A stretch of 64,000 nucleotides of DNA from Mytilus californianus. Its lineage: Eukaryota. Shown in pieces: positions 1-37,302 of this stretch (within the stretch, counting starts at the first letter, position 1; the number at the start of each line of letters is the position of its first letter). The position numbers were made by a program, and so were the translations under genes. The stretch spans positions 136,772,001-136,836,000 of the forward strand of contig NW_026262581.1 of assembly GCF_021869535.1 (NCBI RefSeq). Reading direction: 5' to 3'. A model generated the notes under the pieces. The model worked only from the letters and a program-made list of their open reading frames with translations, was not told where the DNA came from and searched no databases.

Positions 1-1480
1 TTCTACTATGTGTGTTTGTTATGATATTGAATGAAAGTATAGACACATGTATATATTTGAAACTGTTATATTAACTCATTCTTGTCAAGAGTAATATACA
101 TTTGTATAATACATATTTAAGACACATCCAACCATTAAACATATTACATAAAATCACTCTTCATAAGACTAACTAGCTCTGCAAGAATCCCCAAACACCA
201 GAGCTTAATCTTACCTTCCTCTCGAATTTATTCCCAATGAAACCAAAATTATGACATATTCCCTTCAAGTAGAAAAGAATAACCCATGTGCAACTTCATA
301 CTTAAGATATTCATAAAGCACTATAAAAATGCCTTTTAGTATCAGTTCTGATTAAAATAACATGAATCTAGACTTTGCAAATGTTATCAAAGGGAAGTAA
401 CTCTAACATGTTTGCTGAGACTCCTATGTAAGCACATCAACAACAACAATATGCCACAAGTTGAATTGTTGTAATGCATTATACAACTCTTCTGTAGGTG
501 TATGATACTACTTGACATTATTGGTTTGATGTGTTTAAAGCCCAATGTCTCTTTACTGATACTTATGGGACAAACAATTTGGGAACATAAAACCCACAAC
601 AGATGCTGAAGAAGTGAAAGGACCATAAAAATTAAAACTTAACCATAGCTCCTCTACATTTCATGAAGACCATGAAATTCATAAAGATGTATAATCACAA
701 GTTTTATGACTCTAGTTAGTTTTTCCCCTAACAATGAACTCAACAATTAATTTGAATTCATGAATGAATGAAATGAAGGTGAGAGCTACCTACTTTAATG
801 GGTGAATGATATGCCCTTATCATATGATTTTTAAGCCTCCTTCATTCCAAAGCTTCTTATGACTGACAAACTCTTACAGTATTTTGGTGAAATTTCTTGG
901 AAAAATAAATTTTATGATACAATCTACAATTTGGTACGATCTTTTAATGAATAGCAGAGCAGACAGCAGAACACTTCCAGAAAGGTCTCAGTAATACAGA
1001 TTTATATGGATGCTAAACTGTATTCTGAAAAGTCTGCATTCGTAACAAACAATAAAGTATAGGCATATACAGAAAGTAGAACATATATAGACAAACCACA
1101 CTAACACAAAAAAAAAACAAATTAATATGTATTATGCAATTGTAGTATGAACAATACCCATCCATATGAAATAAATTCATATTTTGTTTGCAAAATGACC
1201 CCAGAACTAAACAAGAACAATAAACAGCTGCGCCATGAGCGCATGATACGCCCGTCGTCTTGTGTGTGAATTTTTTTACAAAAGACTCAATATCTCTAAA
1301 ATAAAATTTTCAATCAAAACCAAAAAGTATATAAATCTTTAGATTAATATAACTAAGAAGTGTGTAAAATTTTAAGCAATAATCATAAATCGTTTTTGAG
1401 ATACGGCGCAACATGTGAAAACCCCCCTTTTAAAAAAAAAAAAAGTCAATATCTCTAAAATAAAACTTTGAATCAAAACC

Positions 1481-3797
1481 AATAAGCATTCTGAGAGTAT
1501 TGCATGGCAATACATAGTCCCCTACCGGGTAAAAATTCATTATACTGGAACAAAATGCTAACTTGTTCTATAACTTGTCATGGTGTAAACAAAAAGAAAA
1601 TATCAAGTCAATATCTTCAAGCATGACTAAAAACACCGTGGAAAACTGAATATATGAGTGAATTTTTTCAAGTCCAAGGACCATAACTCTGCACAAAATT
1701 ATCAAACCGAAACAAAAATTTGAACTTGATCTGTAACTTGTCATGATAAAACTATATACCAATTGTCAATCAATATCTTCAAGCATGATGACATTAGATA
1801 TGATTAATAGTTCTCTATCATTAGATATGATGTAATACAATGTATATCTATTTTCAAATTACAATCAAATATAATTAATAGTTCCAAATATTTTTTCTTT
1901 CATTTGTCACAAACTAATATAGATTTGTAACTTATCTATATAATGTCAACAACTTTTATCTACACAATGTAATGTAATGAAATATATACCTTAATAAAAA
2001 TAGATTATTATCTAAATAAAGGATTTCACTTAATAAAAAAAAATATATATATATATATATGTAGCATTCAGAAAATTAGTTTATACAAAATAACATATAA
2101 ATCTGCCACAAAATTCCTCAAACAATTTACCAAAGAATGTCTTTTAAAAAATGAGTGATCTCCCTTTGTACAGATTATATGGTTTAACATAGTACTCTAA
2201 CATTAGTTATGGAGTTTTTTTATGGACCATAACGCTGGACTTAATCATCAGACCGGAACAAAATTCGAACTTGATCTATAACTTGTCATGACAAGAGTGC
2301 ACACACTGAAATGTCTCGCCTTCTTGACTAACCATTGATATTATGTTGATAGTCCTAAATGAAAGCTTTACTACAACTATTACATAAACTTAACATGATC
2401 CAAGAAAAAGAAGTCAAGGTCATATAAACCAAACGAGAAATACATGTACACCTTACAATCATTCAATACACTAAATATAGTTGACCTATTGCTTATAGTT
2501 TCTAAGAAACAGACTTAACCAAGAAAACTAAACATTGACCAATGAATCTTGAAAATGAGGTCAAGGTCAGATGAACAATGCCAGGCAGACATGAACAGCT
2601 TACAATCCTTCCATACAACAAATATAGCTGACCTATAGCTTATAATTTAAGAAAAACAGACTGAAACACATAAACTTAACACTGAGCAATGAACCGTGAA
2701 AATGAGGTCAATTTCAAATAAAACCTGCGAGACTGACATGTACATCATAGAATATTTCCATACACCAAATATAGTCGACTTATTGCATATATAGTTATTA
2801 TAGTATAAGAAAAAAGACCAAAACTCAAAAACTTAACTTTGACCACTGAACCATGAAAATGAGGTCAAAGTCAGATGACACCTGCCAGTTGGACATGTAC
2901 ACCTTACAATCATTCCATACACCAAATATAGTAGACCTATTGCATAAAGTATAAGAAAAAAGGACCAAAACACAAAAACTTAACTATAACCACTGAACCA
3001 TGAAAATGAGGTCAAGGTCAGATGACACCTGCCAGCTAGACATGTACACCTTACAATCATTCCATACACCAAATATAGTAGACCTATTGCATACAGTATG
3101 AAGAAAACACACCAAAACACAAAAACTTAACTATAACCACTGAACCATGAAAATGAGGTCAAGGTCAGATGACACCTGCCAGTTGGACATGTACACCTTA
3201 CAGTCCTTCCATACACCGAATATACTAGACCTATTGCTTATAGTATCTGAGATATGGACTTGACCACCAAAACTTAACCTTGTTCACTGATCCATGAAAT
3301 GAGGTCGAGGTCAAGCGAAAACTGTCTGACAGGCATGAGGAACTTGCAAGGTACGCATATACCAAATATGGTTATACTATTACTTATAATAAGAGAGAAT
3401 TTAACATTACAAAAATCTTAACTTTCTTTTCAAGTAGTCACTGAACCATGAAAATGAGGTCAAGGACATTGGACATGTGACTGATGGAAACTTCGTAACA
3501 TGAGGCATCCATATACAAAGTATGAAGCATCCAGGTCTTCCACCTTCTAAAATATAAAGCTTTTAAGAAGTTAGCTAACGCTGCCGCCGCCGGATCACTA
3601 TCCCTTTGTCGAGCTTTCTGCGACAAAAGTCGCAGGCTCGACAATAAAACTATATACAAAATACCAAATCAATATCTTCAAGAACGAAGAAAAAAAGTGT
3701 GGAAAGCGGAGTTGCCGGACTGACAGATGGACAGACGGACAGACAGAAAAGTGCAAACCTAAAGTCCCCTTCGACTTCGTCGGTAGGGGACTAAAAA
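1481..3797 (+). mobile_element. HINE-like element nested in the 1219-4270 element
   Basis: subTIR TAGTCCCCTACCG (1515-1527) / CGGTAGGGGACTA (3781-3793); GACA/GACG microsatellite before the 3' hairpin. Confidence 0.8.
2292..3644 (+). mobile_element. HINE-like element nested in the 1481-3797 element
   Basis: 147-bp core repeats (CCATGAAAAT at 2851, 2998, 3145); GCC microsatellite and compound 3' hairpin at 3607-3643. Confidence 0.8.
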
Positions 3798-4581
3798 GTA
3801 TATAGATCTTAAGATCAATATAATTAAGAAGTGTGTAAAATTTTAAGCAATAATCATAAATTGTTTTTGAGATACAGCGCGACATGTGAAAAACCCCTCC
3901 CCCTTTTTTACAAAATACTCAATAACTCAAAAATAAAATTTTGAATCATCACCAAAAAGTATACAGATCTTAAGATTAATATAACTAAGAAGTGTGTAAA
4001 GTTTTAAGCAATAATCATAAATTGTTTTTGAGAAACGGCGCGACATGTGAAAAAAAACACACACCTGTTTTAGTTACTAAGTCCCGTAACTCAAAAAGTT
4101 TTAATCTTATTTTCTCACCAAAAAGTATACAGATCGTTTGACCATCATAAGAAACAACTATGTTAAGTTTCATGAAATTTGGATAAGTTGTTCTCAAGTT
4201 ACGGTGCGACATGTTTACGACATTTGTATACCATAATACGTCCCGTCAAAATTTGGACGGGCGTATAAAAATTGCTTGTTTTTTCCACCAAAATTCACTC
4301 TATAGTCCAACAAATGTCATCAACATTTTTTATATCATTTTTATGCAATTCTGGTTCGGACTTTTTTGTTCATACAAGAACATGCCATAACACTATTTGC
4401 CCTGGTCATTGATTCTTTCTACTGACTAATACAACAGATCACTAGGAAATTCTACAATATTAAAAATTCTTGCAGATTTCTTATTTTACACTTTGAATCA
4501 GATTACAACTCTGATCATAAAGTCTAGGATATTATTTCAATACTTTTTCAATATAAACTATGAAAAATGTGATGTTATATT

Positions 4582-4587
4582 TTTATT
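4582..4587 (-). terminator. Candidate VCP polyadenylation signal AATAAA
   Basis: TTTATT on plus strand about 500 nt past the stop; AT-rich context makes this weak. Confidence 0.3.
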
Positions 4588-5083
4588 TAGAAAAAAACCT
4601 CTTATGGTGATGACAATTGTCTTTGACACTGTTCTTGATCCTGCTTCAGATGTGTCAAAATATATAAGATTACTGACATGTACTTGCCATTGTATATTAC
4701 ACAAAAATATGCAGACACAAATATATTTTCACATTGTATTTGTTCACGTACAACGACAAATGCACATTACAAACATTGTGTTATGCACCAATTCTTTTGT
4801 TTTTATAATTTCCATTCATTTCTTTCATGCAATCTGACATTCACTTTGACCAGTTCTCAGTATATAACTAAAGCATATATTATCTTTTAAATTTACAAAT
4901 ACTTAAAACAGAAAACAGAAAACAACTAAAAATATTGTGCAGTCTTAGCAGGATAAATGTTTTATGATGACATGTTTCTCCACAGAATGAATGATAAATG
5001 GTTTCTATTGTTTTATCACCAAAATATTAACAACTTTGAGAATAAATTATGTAACATGAAATGTCTAACAACAATTATATGAT

Positions 5084-30203
<25,120 letters not shown>

Positions 30204-30272
30204 TATTTATTTCTTTTACTTCCAAATTCTACCAAATTGTACAAGTGCGTGCGTGCCGGTTTCTTCTGCGTT

Positions 30273-30281
30273 AAAATGGCG
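30273..30281. promoter_or_regulatory. YY1-type motif (AAAATGGCG / CGCCATTTT) in the putative VCP core promoter or 5' UTR
   Basis: Exact motif about 70 nt upstream of the VCP ATG in a locally CpG-rich patch (30243-30330); function inferred. Confidence 0.45.
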
Positions 30282-30539
30282 ACGTATTGGAAAAAGTGTA
30301 TAATATCCGGTTAAACACGGATAAATATTATTCCGTGTGCTTATTCAAAGATTATCTGAACAATCAACATTGAGGTTTTGTAATCGACTTTATAATTAAG
30401 CGTATCCTAAATTTCCTAAAATTGTTTACAAAAAATTATCACAAAAGGATAAAAAAATGTGAATTTCTTCATTCTACTTGCAGCCAAGAAATTTAAATTT
30501 AAAAAAAGTGATATTGAGATTTCAAGTTTAGTTTTGTTA

Positions 30540-32175
30540 TTTCAGCAGGACTGGACATATATACAGTACAGGCTATACAAGCATGTTAACCATCCAGACT
30601 CTTAAAAGAAAAAAAAGAAGCTTAAATAAATCTCAGAAAACAATAGAGGAAAGAAACTGCAACAGAAATAGATCGGGAACTTCAAAATCTGACACTGATT
30701 TTCTGAAAATGGGAGATGAAGAAGGCGTATCCAAAAAAGAGTAGTGTGAATTACTTACAAAATAGATTTTGGCTCAACCAAAAGACAACGTAAACTTTAA
30801 CAACGGAAAAAATCGGAAATGTAAAAAAAGATGTAAAATCATAAAAAGAAATCGCAAAAACTTCAACCAACTTAAAACTTACCATAACAAGGGAAGACAT
30901 TCAGAAAGCATTAAACGAAGTAGAAAACTACCATGGTGATAACAGCTACATGAGTTATCGAAAAAGTATTTGAATATAACATTTCGGACAAAGCCAACCT
31001 AATGAAATCTGGACATCTCCATTACAATTTGGTTTACGCAGGGATTATCTCCAAACATGGCAGCCTCAGGAGATCATCGATTTAACATCCATCCACAAAA
31101 GAGTAACGTTATAATAAAGACAGGAAAACAGAAGATATCGAGGCATTCAAAATAGGAAACAACGAAATGCAAGGAGAACGCTATATTCTCTGATAAAGAC
31201 AGGTGTACATAGCTCAAATGGTCTTAACCCTAAATCTAGCAAGGAGAACGCTAAATTCTCTCATAAAGACAGGTGCACATGGCTCAAATGGTCTTAACCC
31301 TAAATCTAGCAAGGAGAACGCTATATTCTCTCATAAAGACAGGTGCACATGGCTCAAATGGTCTTAACCCTAAATCTAGCCGTGAAGGAGAACGCTATAT
31401 TCTCGATCTCATAAAGACAGGTGTACATGGCTCAAATGGTCTTAACCCTAAATCTAGCAAGGGGAACGTTATATTCTCTCATAAAGACATGTGTACATGG
31501 CTCAAATGGTCTTTGTTAACCCTAAATCCTAATATAGGATCTGTCAAGCATACATCCTACCAATACTGATATACGGGCTTGAAACACTACATGTCAACTC
31601 CAAAGGAATGATGCTTCTATCCAACTTCCACCTCGATATTCTAAGGAAAATACATTCACTTCCTAAAAGGACATCATGCGCTCGGTATATCTTCTTCTGG
31701 GAGCTCTTCTGCTAAATGCCGTAATTCACAAAAGACAACTGTTACTCAGCCTCTTGATTGGTGTTCTCAACAGTAACAACGAAACTATTAGATCCCTAGC
31801 TAGCCTATGTGTCAATATATGTCCGGCAAAGTCAACAAGCTTCTTTACCAAAACAGCAGAAGTTCTAGAGATGCACAATATACCTTTCTTTCTTGAATTA
31901 TTCGAAAACAAGTAAACAAAAATAAAGTGGAAAAGAAAGACAAAATCAGCAATAAACGAACAGTGGACTAGCAAACTACGCTTAGAATGTGAAGAAAAAA
32001 ATCAACTCTTAATTCTAAGTTTAGCAATCTCAAACTTAGAAATAGGTGTCACACATCCATTTTGGGCTACAGTTTCTTCGTCTGTCTCGCGGACATCCGA
32101 AATGCAGTTACAAAACTGAGCCAAATATTGACAGGAACCTATATTTTACAAGCTCATAGGCACAGATTTAACAGT
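30540..32175 (+). mobile_element. Degenerate non-LTR retrotransposon (LINE ORF2/RT remnant, internally deleted)
   Basis: Frameshifted motifs NYHGIT..VIEKVFEY, LQFGFTQGLSPNMAA, HRFNIHPQKS, KTGVHGSNGLNP, AYILPILIYGLE, VYLLLG, ILTGTYILQ; RT core with YxDD missing; clade not assigned. Confidence 0.85.
31170..31530 (+). repeat. 70-bp minisatellite (5 copies) inside the LINE remnant
   Basis: AAGGAGAACG at 31171, 31241, 31311 and 31385, plus a divergent fifth unit. Confidence 0.95.
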
Positions 32176-33369
32176 ATTTAAATCAGTAATAGTTAAAAAA
32201 TAACCTACCAGAAAGTGGACGCACACATTCAAAGAAAAACACCACTTTGGTCCATAATTTAAACACGCAGTGGCTACAATATGATGGACTATCTTTAACT
32301 TTATAAGCCTTGTGAGTATGTCAAGTAATGTGGGCCAGTTTAAAGTGTTTACATTTCTGATACGCTATACTGATGTTTTGGTATTGATTGCAGACTTAGC
32401 TGACAGCTCTTCTTTGGACCATCTCATTTTTTTAAAAGTCTGCTCAGTCTGCTCAGCAGAATGAGATCCCAAACTAAGCATGACCACCTCAGTTTGGTAA
32501 GATACCCCTGGCTATTTATGTTTTGGCTATAGATGAGTTGGAATATCTTTTTAAGAAGCCTATTGATTTGTTGTCATTAGCTAAAGAAATTGTTTGAATC
32601 CATGTTTTTTTTAAATTATTGTTTCAAAGGGGAAGGAAAAAATAATGTGTTTCCATTCAAGATAAGGAAAAAATTAATACATCATTGAGTTTCAAATTTT
32701 GTTTCTGGTTCCTGTATTTTATTGAAATTTTTTTTTTTATTGAAATGGAAAAAACTGTTTATCCCGAGAAAGAAAAAAATACCGCACCCCTCCCCCCCAA
32801 ACACACGATGAATGATCGGTGACTTACTATTTTAAATTGTATTTAATAGAAACGTCCATATTTTTGGCTGACGAAAAATGCTTGTGATTATATAGAAGGT
32901 AGTCATGTTTGTTTACTTTTGATTTGATTTACTGAAAGATACTGTGTATTTGCCTGGATAGAAATTTTACCGGAAAGTTGATTTTCTATGGCCGTTTCTT
33001 TTTTCATATAAAAAAGGCGACCCATCCCAGAAACATGTCTGTGTAGACCTTTGTATATATAAAAAGAGACCCCGTATAAAAAGGATAGGTGTCTCATTGC
33101 AATCATACCACATCTCCTCATTTTTATATAACTTTTAACATTGAAATTCACATAACTTCCTTGAAAGACATAATTTCATTCTTCACAAGCATATCACTCG
33201 CACTACATCTACATTCAGATCCCATTATCATCCTGAAAGCATTATTATACACGAACTTTAATTAATGTGGCAGACTTGCACAAAAAAGTCGACACTCACC
33301 CCAAAAGCTAACCAAACCTTTAAACAGCCATGACATATTTTGATATTAATATTGATTCGCTCATAGGGT

Positions 33370-34030
33370 CTTTGCATCGGAAATAAACACATTTATTCTA
33401 AAACCAGTTGTTGGCATGATACGGGTTATTTTCTTCTTATATATTTTATGATGGTATGATACTCAACCACTTACGGGAGGGATTGTGCTTGATTTTCATT
33501 TGATGAAGACATTATCTTTCAATCAGTTAAATTGAGGTCTGGAGCTGGCATATGTCAGTAACTGCTAGTTGTCCTTTGTTAATTTATGTATCATTGTCAT
33601 TTTGCTTATTTCTTTTGTTACCTATTCTGACATCGGACTCGGACTTCTTTTAAACTGAGCTTTACTGTGTGTATTGCTGTGTGTTTGTTTATTCTACATT
33701 GGCTAGAGGTATAGGGGGGGGGGGGTGAGATCTCACGAAACATGTTTAACCCCGCCGCATTTTTGCGCCAGTCCCAAGTTAGGAGGCTCTGGCCTTTGTT
33801 AGTCTTGTATGTTTTTTAATTTTAGTTCCTTTATATGTTTTGGAGTTTAGTGTAACGTCCATTTTCACTGAACTAGTACACATTTTTGTTTAGGGGCCAG
33901 CTGAAGCCCGCCTCCTGGTGCGGGATTTTCTCGCTGTGTTGAAGACCAATTGGTGGTCTTTGGCTGTTTTCTGCTCTTTGGTTGTGTTGTTGTATCTTTG
34001 ACACATTCCCCATTTCCATTCTCAATTTTA
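33370..34030 (+). mobile_element. Abundant SINE-like interspersed repeat (tail ...TTTGACACATTCCCCATTTCCATTCTCAATTTTA)
   Basis: Same tail at 45820-45985 (+) and 55197-55420 (-); class inferred. Confidence 0.6.
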
Positions 34031-34304
34031 CATTTAGACCATACATATGCACAATAGACATTCATACAATAAGATTAAAAAGTTGAATCTTTATACACAC
34101 TTATGAACACTTCTTAAATGTTCGCCTCAAAAAGAGAGTCGGGAGTTAATTAAGGGATATTCAAATTCATAAGTCGAAGAAAAACTGACATAGTCATGGT
34201 AATAAATCAAAAAATGACGAAAAGAAAAGACAAAAATGTCAACAAAACACAACACAGTAAAAATTAATAAGACAAGTAAAACAAAAACAGTCTACAAAAC
34301 ACGA

Positions 34305-34680
34305 AAAGAAAGACTGAGCTAGAGCAGTCTATACAAGACAAGATGTAGAAAGACTGAGCTAGAGCAGTCTATACAAGACAAAACGTAGAAAGACTGAGCT
34401 AGAGCAGTCTATACAAGACAAAACGTAGAAAGACTGAGCTAGAGCAGTCTATACAAGACAAAACGTAGAAAGACTGAGCTAGAGCAGTCTATACAAGACA
34501 AAACATAGAAAGACTGAGCTAGAGCAGTCTATACAAGACAAAACATAGAAAGACTGAGCTAGAGCAGTCTAAACAAGACAAAACATAGAAAGACTGAGCT
34601 AGAGCAGTCTATACAAGACAAAACATAGAAAGACTGAGCTAGAGCAGTCTATACAAGACAAGACGTAGAAAGACTGAGAA
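34305..34680 (+). repeat. 40-bp minisatellite, 9 full units
   Basis: AGACTGAG every 40 bp from 34311 to 34671; followed by a poly-G run near 34752-34772. Confidence 0.95.
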
Positions 34681-35903
34681 AAAAAAGTCTACAAAACACA
34701 ACATAGAGAGACTGAGCAAGAAAAGAAAAAAAAAGGAACCCCAGCAGGAACCGGGGGGGGGGGGGGGGGGGGTAACCTCAGATGCTGCGATTTACGATGC
34801 ATGTACTCGATTGTATGTATCAGCATTTCGTGTGTATTTTGTCTAGACGCCATCTAATTAACCATCGAGGTGACCTCCGAAGACTGCCGACGGTCATATA
34901 ACCCAATATAACAATAAATATAGATATAAATAGATAGCGAACACGTGCAATTGGGTTTTCTAAGTCTGTTTGATTTAATATTATAGGTTAAAAAATATGT
35001 TAATCATTGTTTGTTTTTATCTATATAAGAATGAGTTTTTGTGGATCAAATCAGTCAACCAAATGGTTTACCCTTGTTTCACTTCCAATGTTGACAGTCT
35101 TTTCCTTTTAATATCTAAACACGCATAGTTTATGTGAAACCCATCTCTAGCTAAGGGGTTAAATTAAAGGTCGCAAGTGAATAATTCATCATCGATATTT
35201 TTTATTTAGCTTATTTTGACAAATTAAACCAGACTGGCTGCTAAAAGAGAATTATTTTTCATTATTTCCCTTTCATTAATGATTGAACAAAAAAAATCAT
35301 ATTTTATTTATTTTGATATCTCGTAGCTAATGCCCTTTTTAATACGATAAAACTAACTGCTTGATTTATGTACAAAACAATAAACGAAAAACAAATATGA
35401 TATAACAGCAACAAATGACAACCACTGAATAATAGTCTCCTGATTTGGAAATGGTAAATGCAGAATATGGCTGGGTTAAACATGTTAAACACCTCTACCT
35501 AGCCTGTGACAGTGTCTGAATAACACAACATGAGAAAAAACTATAAAAATCAGTTGGAAAAGGGCTTTACTCACATGATCCACTCAAAGCAAACAAAAAA
35601 AATATTCCAACAACAACTAACAAAAAAGGTAAAATTTTGCATACAACTCTGGCTCGATGAACTACAATTGAAAATCGAAAAAATAATGCATTTATAAATC
35701 TCTTTTATCATCTGAAATATTACTGATTGAATTCTTTCAAAATGGGTAAACATTTGTATAGAAAGCTCATAAAATCGACGAAAAACCTTCTTAAATTTGT
35801 CTTAAAATCATCAAATCTCTAATTTCTAATATATAGATTTTTCATAAAAAACTATATGTTGTTGATACATAAATTTCCGTTTTAATGATGTAAAATAAAG
35901 ATA

Positions 35904-36094
35904 GGGTCACCGACTTCGTTTTTACGATATTCATCATTCAAAGTGGTGTTCAATGTGAAAAAAATACCACAAAACGTCGAAATAATCGTAACGTCATCGC
36001 GTTATGGCCGTAAAACGTTAATTTTTGACGTTTTTCACTATCAACTAGTTAACAAATTAATTGATTGTTAGACAAAAAACGAAGTCGGTGACCA
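35904..36094. mobile_element. 191-bp TA-flanked MITE
   Basis: Perfect 19-bp IR GGTCACCGACTTCGTTTTT (35905-35923) / 36075-36093; TA at 35902-35903 and 36095-36096. Confidence 0.75.
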
Positions 36095-36379
36095 TATGAT
36101 TATTAATGTTAATTGGTTCGGCGTATTAGACGTCATAAACACTCAGAGAGAGAAAAAAAAAAAAAACGATCGTGTGCAATGCCAAAATATAAGTATCAGC
36201 AGAATGTACAGGACCGTTTTTAATCTATTGATAACAAACTCAATATGTGTACCATTAATTGCATTAAATAAGTTTACACGGATCGTATCTAATCTGACAC
36301 TGAGGATCTCATGATAAACAACTCCACCGAAAAAAATTAGGATATGATGTCCGGCTTGCTATAAGTTATCCGCAGGAAC

Positions 36380-36960
36380 AGCCAAACTTCCAAATCATTT
36401 TTCTTTGTACTTTACTGAGTATGGCCATAAACTGTGCCGGATTCATGACAATACTGGAATAAATATGCTATTAAAGGGGAGCAATGTTTCCCGCAGGAAT
36501 ACCTATATATACAACTTGTCGATAAACTTTATTGCCGAAACGCACATAGATGTTATCAAGGAGAACATGTACAGTTTAATTATCATCATACTTCCAGTAA
36601 GTATATCTAGCCAGAGACATATAACATATTTATGTTTTCAAAGCCCAGATGCTTTATACGAGTTGTATCAAATAAATCGCACCATGCCAGCCAGATTTTT
36701 CAGACGACCGTTTAATCAAATAAGAAAACTTATGTTTGACGAGATGGTTTGAAAGTGTAGTGTAGAGAGTCGAAAAGTCAAAACTGTGACCCGAATTAAA
36801 AGGACCATTGATATGCAGCATGTAATTTATCTGAAAATGATCCACTGATTTGAAAGAATGTCTACCACTCCAAAAACTGTCCATTATTAGAAGTATAATC
36901 GACCTATCTAACACAATTCATCATAAAACGAATAATGTGTCAGCTTTAGTCCCGTGTTGA
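36380..36960 (-). mobile_element. Penelope-like element RT remnant
   Basis: SFDFSTLYTTL and (frameshifted) LDNIYVRFGNKVYRQVV-GIP-G-N-APLIA, typical PLE RT motifs; multiple stops. Confidence 0.85.
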
Positions 36961-37132
36961 ATGCCTTACTGTGACTTTCAGATGGAGAACAGCAATAAAA
37001 GAATAAATTCAACGTTTCTTTGCTTTTTAAAATAACAATTTCAATTTGATTTTGGGTATTTTTGTGGAAGACATCTCATTTTTTACAGCAACACATCTTT
37101 TTGATTACACGATTACATGAGAATATGTAGAC

Positions 37133-37179
37133 GTGAGGCCCCATATTAGAAACTAGTAGTTTCTAATATGGGGCCTCAC
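37133..37179. other. Perfect 22-bp inverted repeat with 3-nt spacer upstream of LEPROT
   Basis: GTGAGGCCCCATATTAGAAACT-AGT-AGTTTCTAATATGGGGCCTCAC. Confidence 0.95.
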
Positions 37180-37286
37180 AGTTCTATTTTTTAACATCCG
37201 GATTATTCATTGTCTGTCCGGGATTTTATGCCTTTCGGAATAGTTTTCGGAACTCCTTTGTATTCATCATATTACCTGAAAGAAAA

Positions 37287-37302
37287 ATGGCAGGAATAAG
37301 AG
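37287..37302 (+). CDS. LEPROT: LEPROT exon 1 (MAGIR + G)
   Basis: ATGGCAGGAATAAGAG|GTTCGA; corresponds to MAGIK/MAGVK of vertebrate orthologs; CpG-rich segment just upstream; weak donor. Confidence 0.8.

Larger units (their letters stand above)
1219..4270 (+). mobile_element. Helentron-type non-autonomous element (HINE/pearl-like), outer member of a nest
   Basis: 5' subTIR ATACGCCCGTC (1246-1256) is the reverse complement of 4256-4266 in a 3' hairpin; about 161-bp core repeats; A-run ends; no TSD. Confidence 0.8.

Noticed and set aside
480-1070. Possible exons of an upstream plus-strand gene
   Set aside because: Short open stretches with no recognisable homology or consistent splice pairs.
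34305-34680. CRISPR-like array (palindromic repeats)
   Set aside because: No unique spacers, no cas genes, eukaryotic context.
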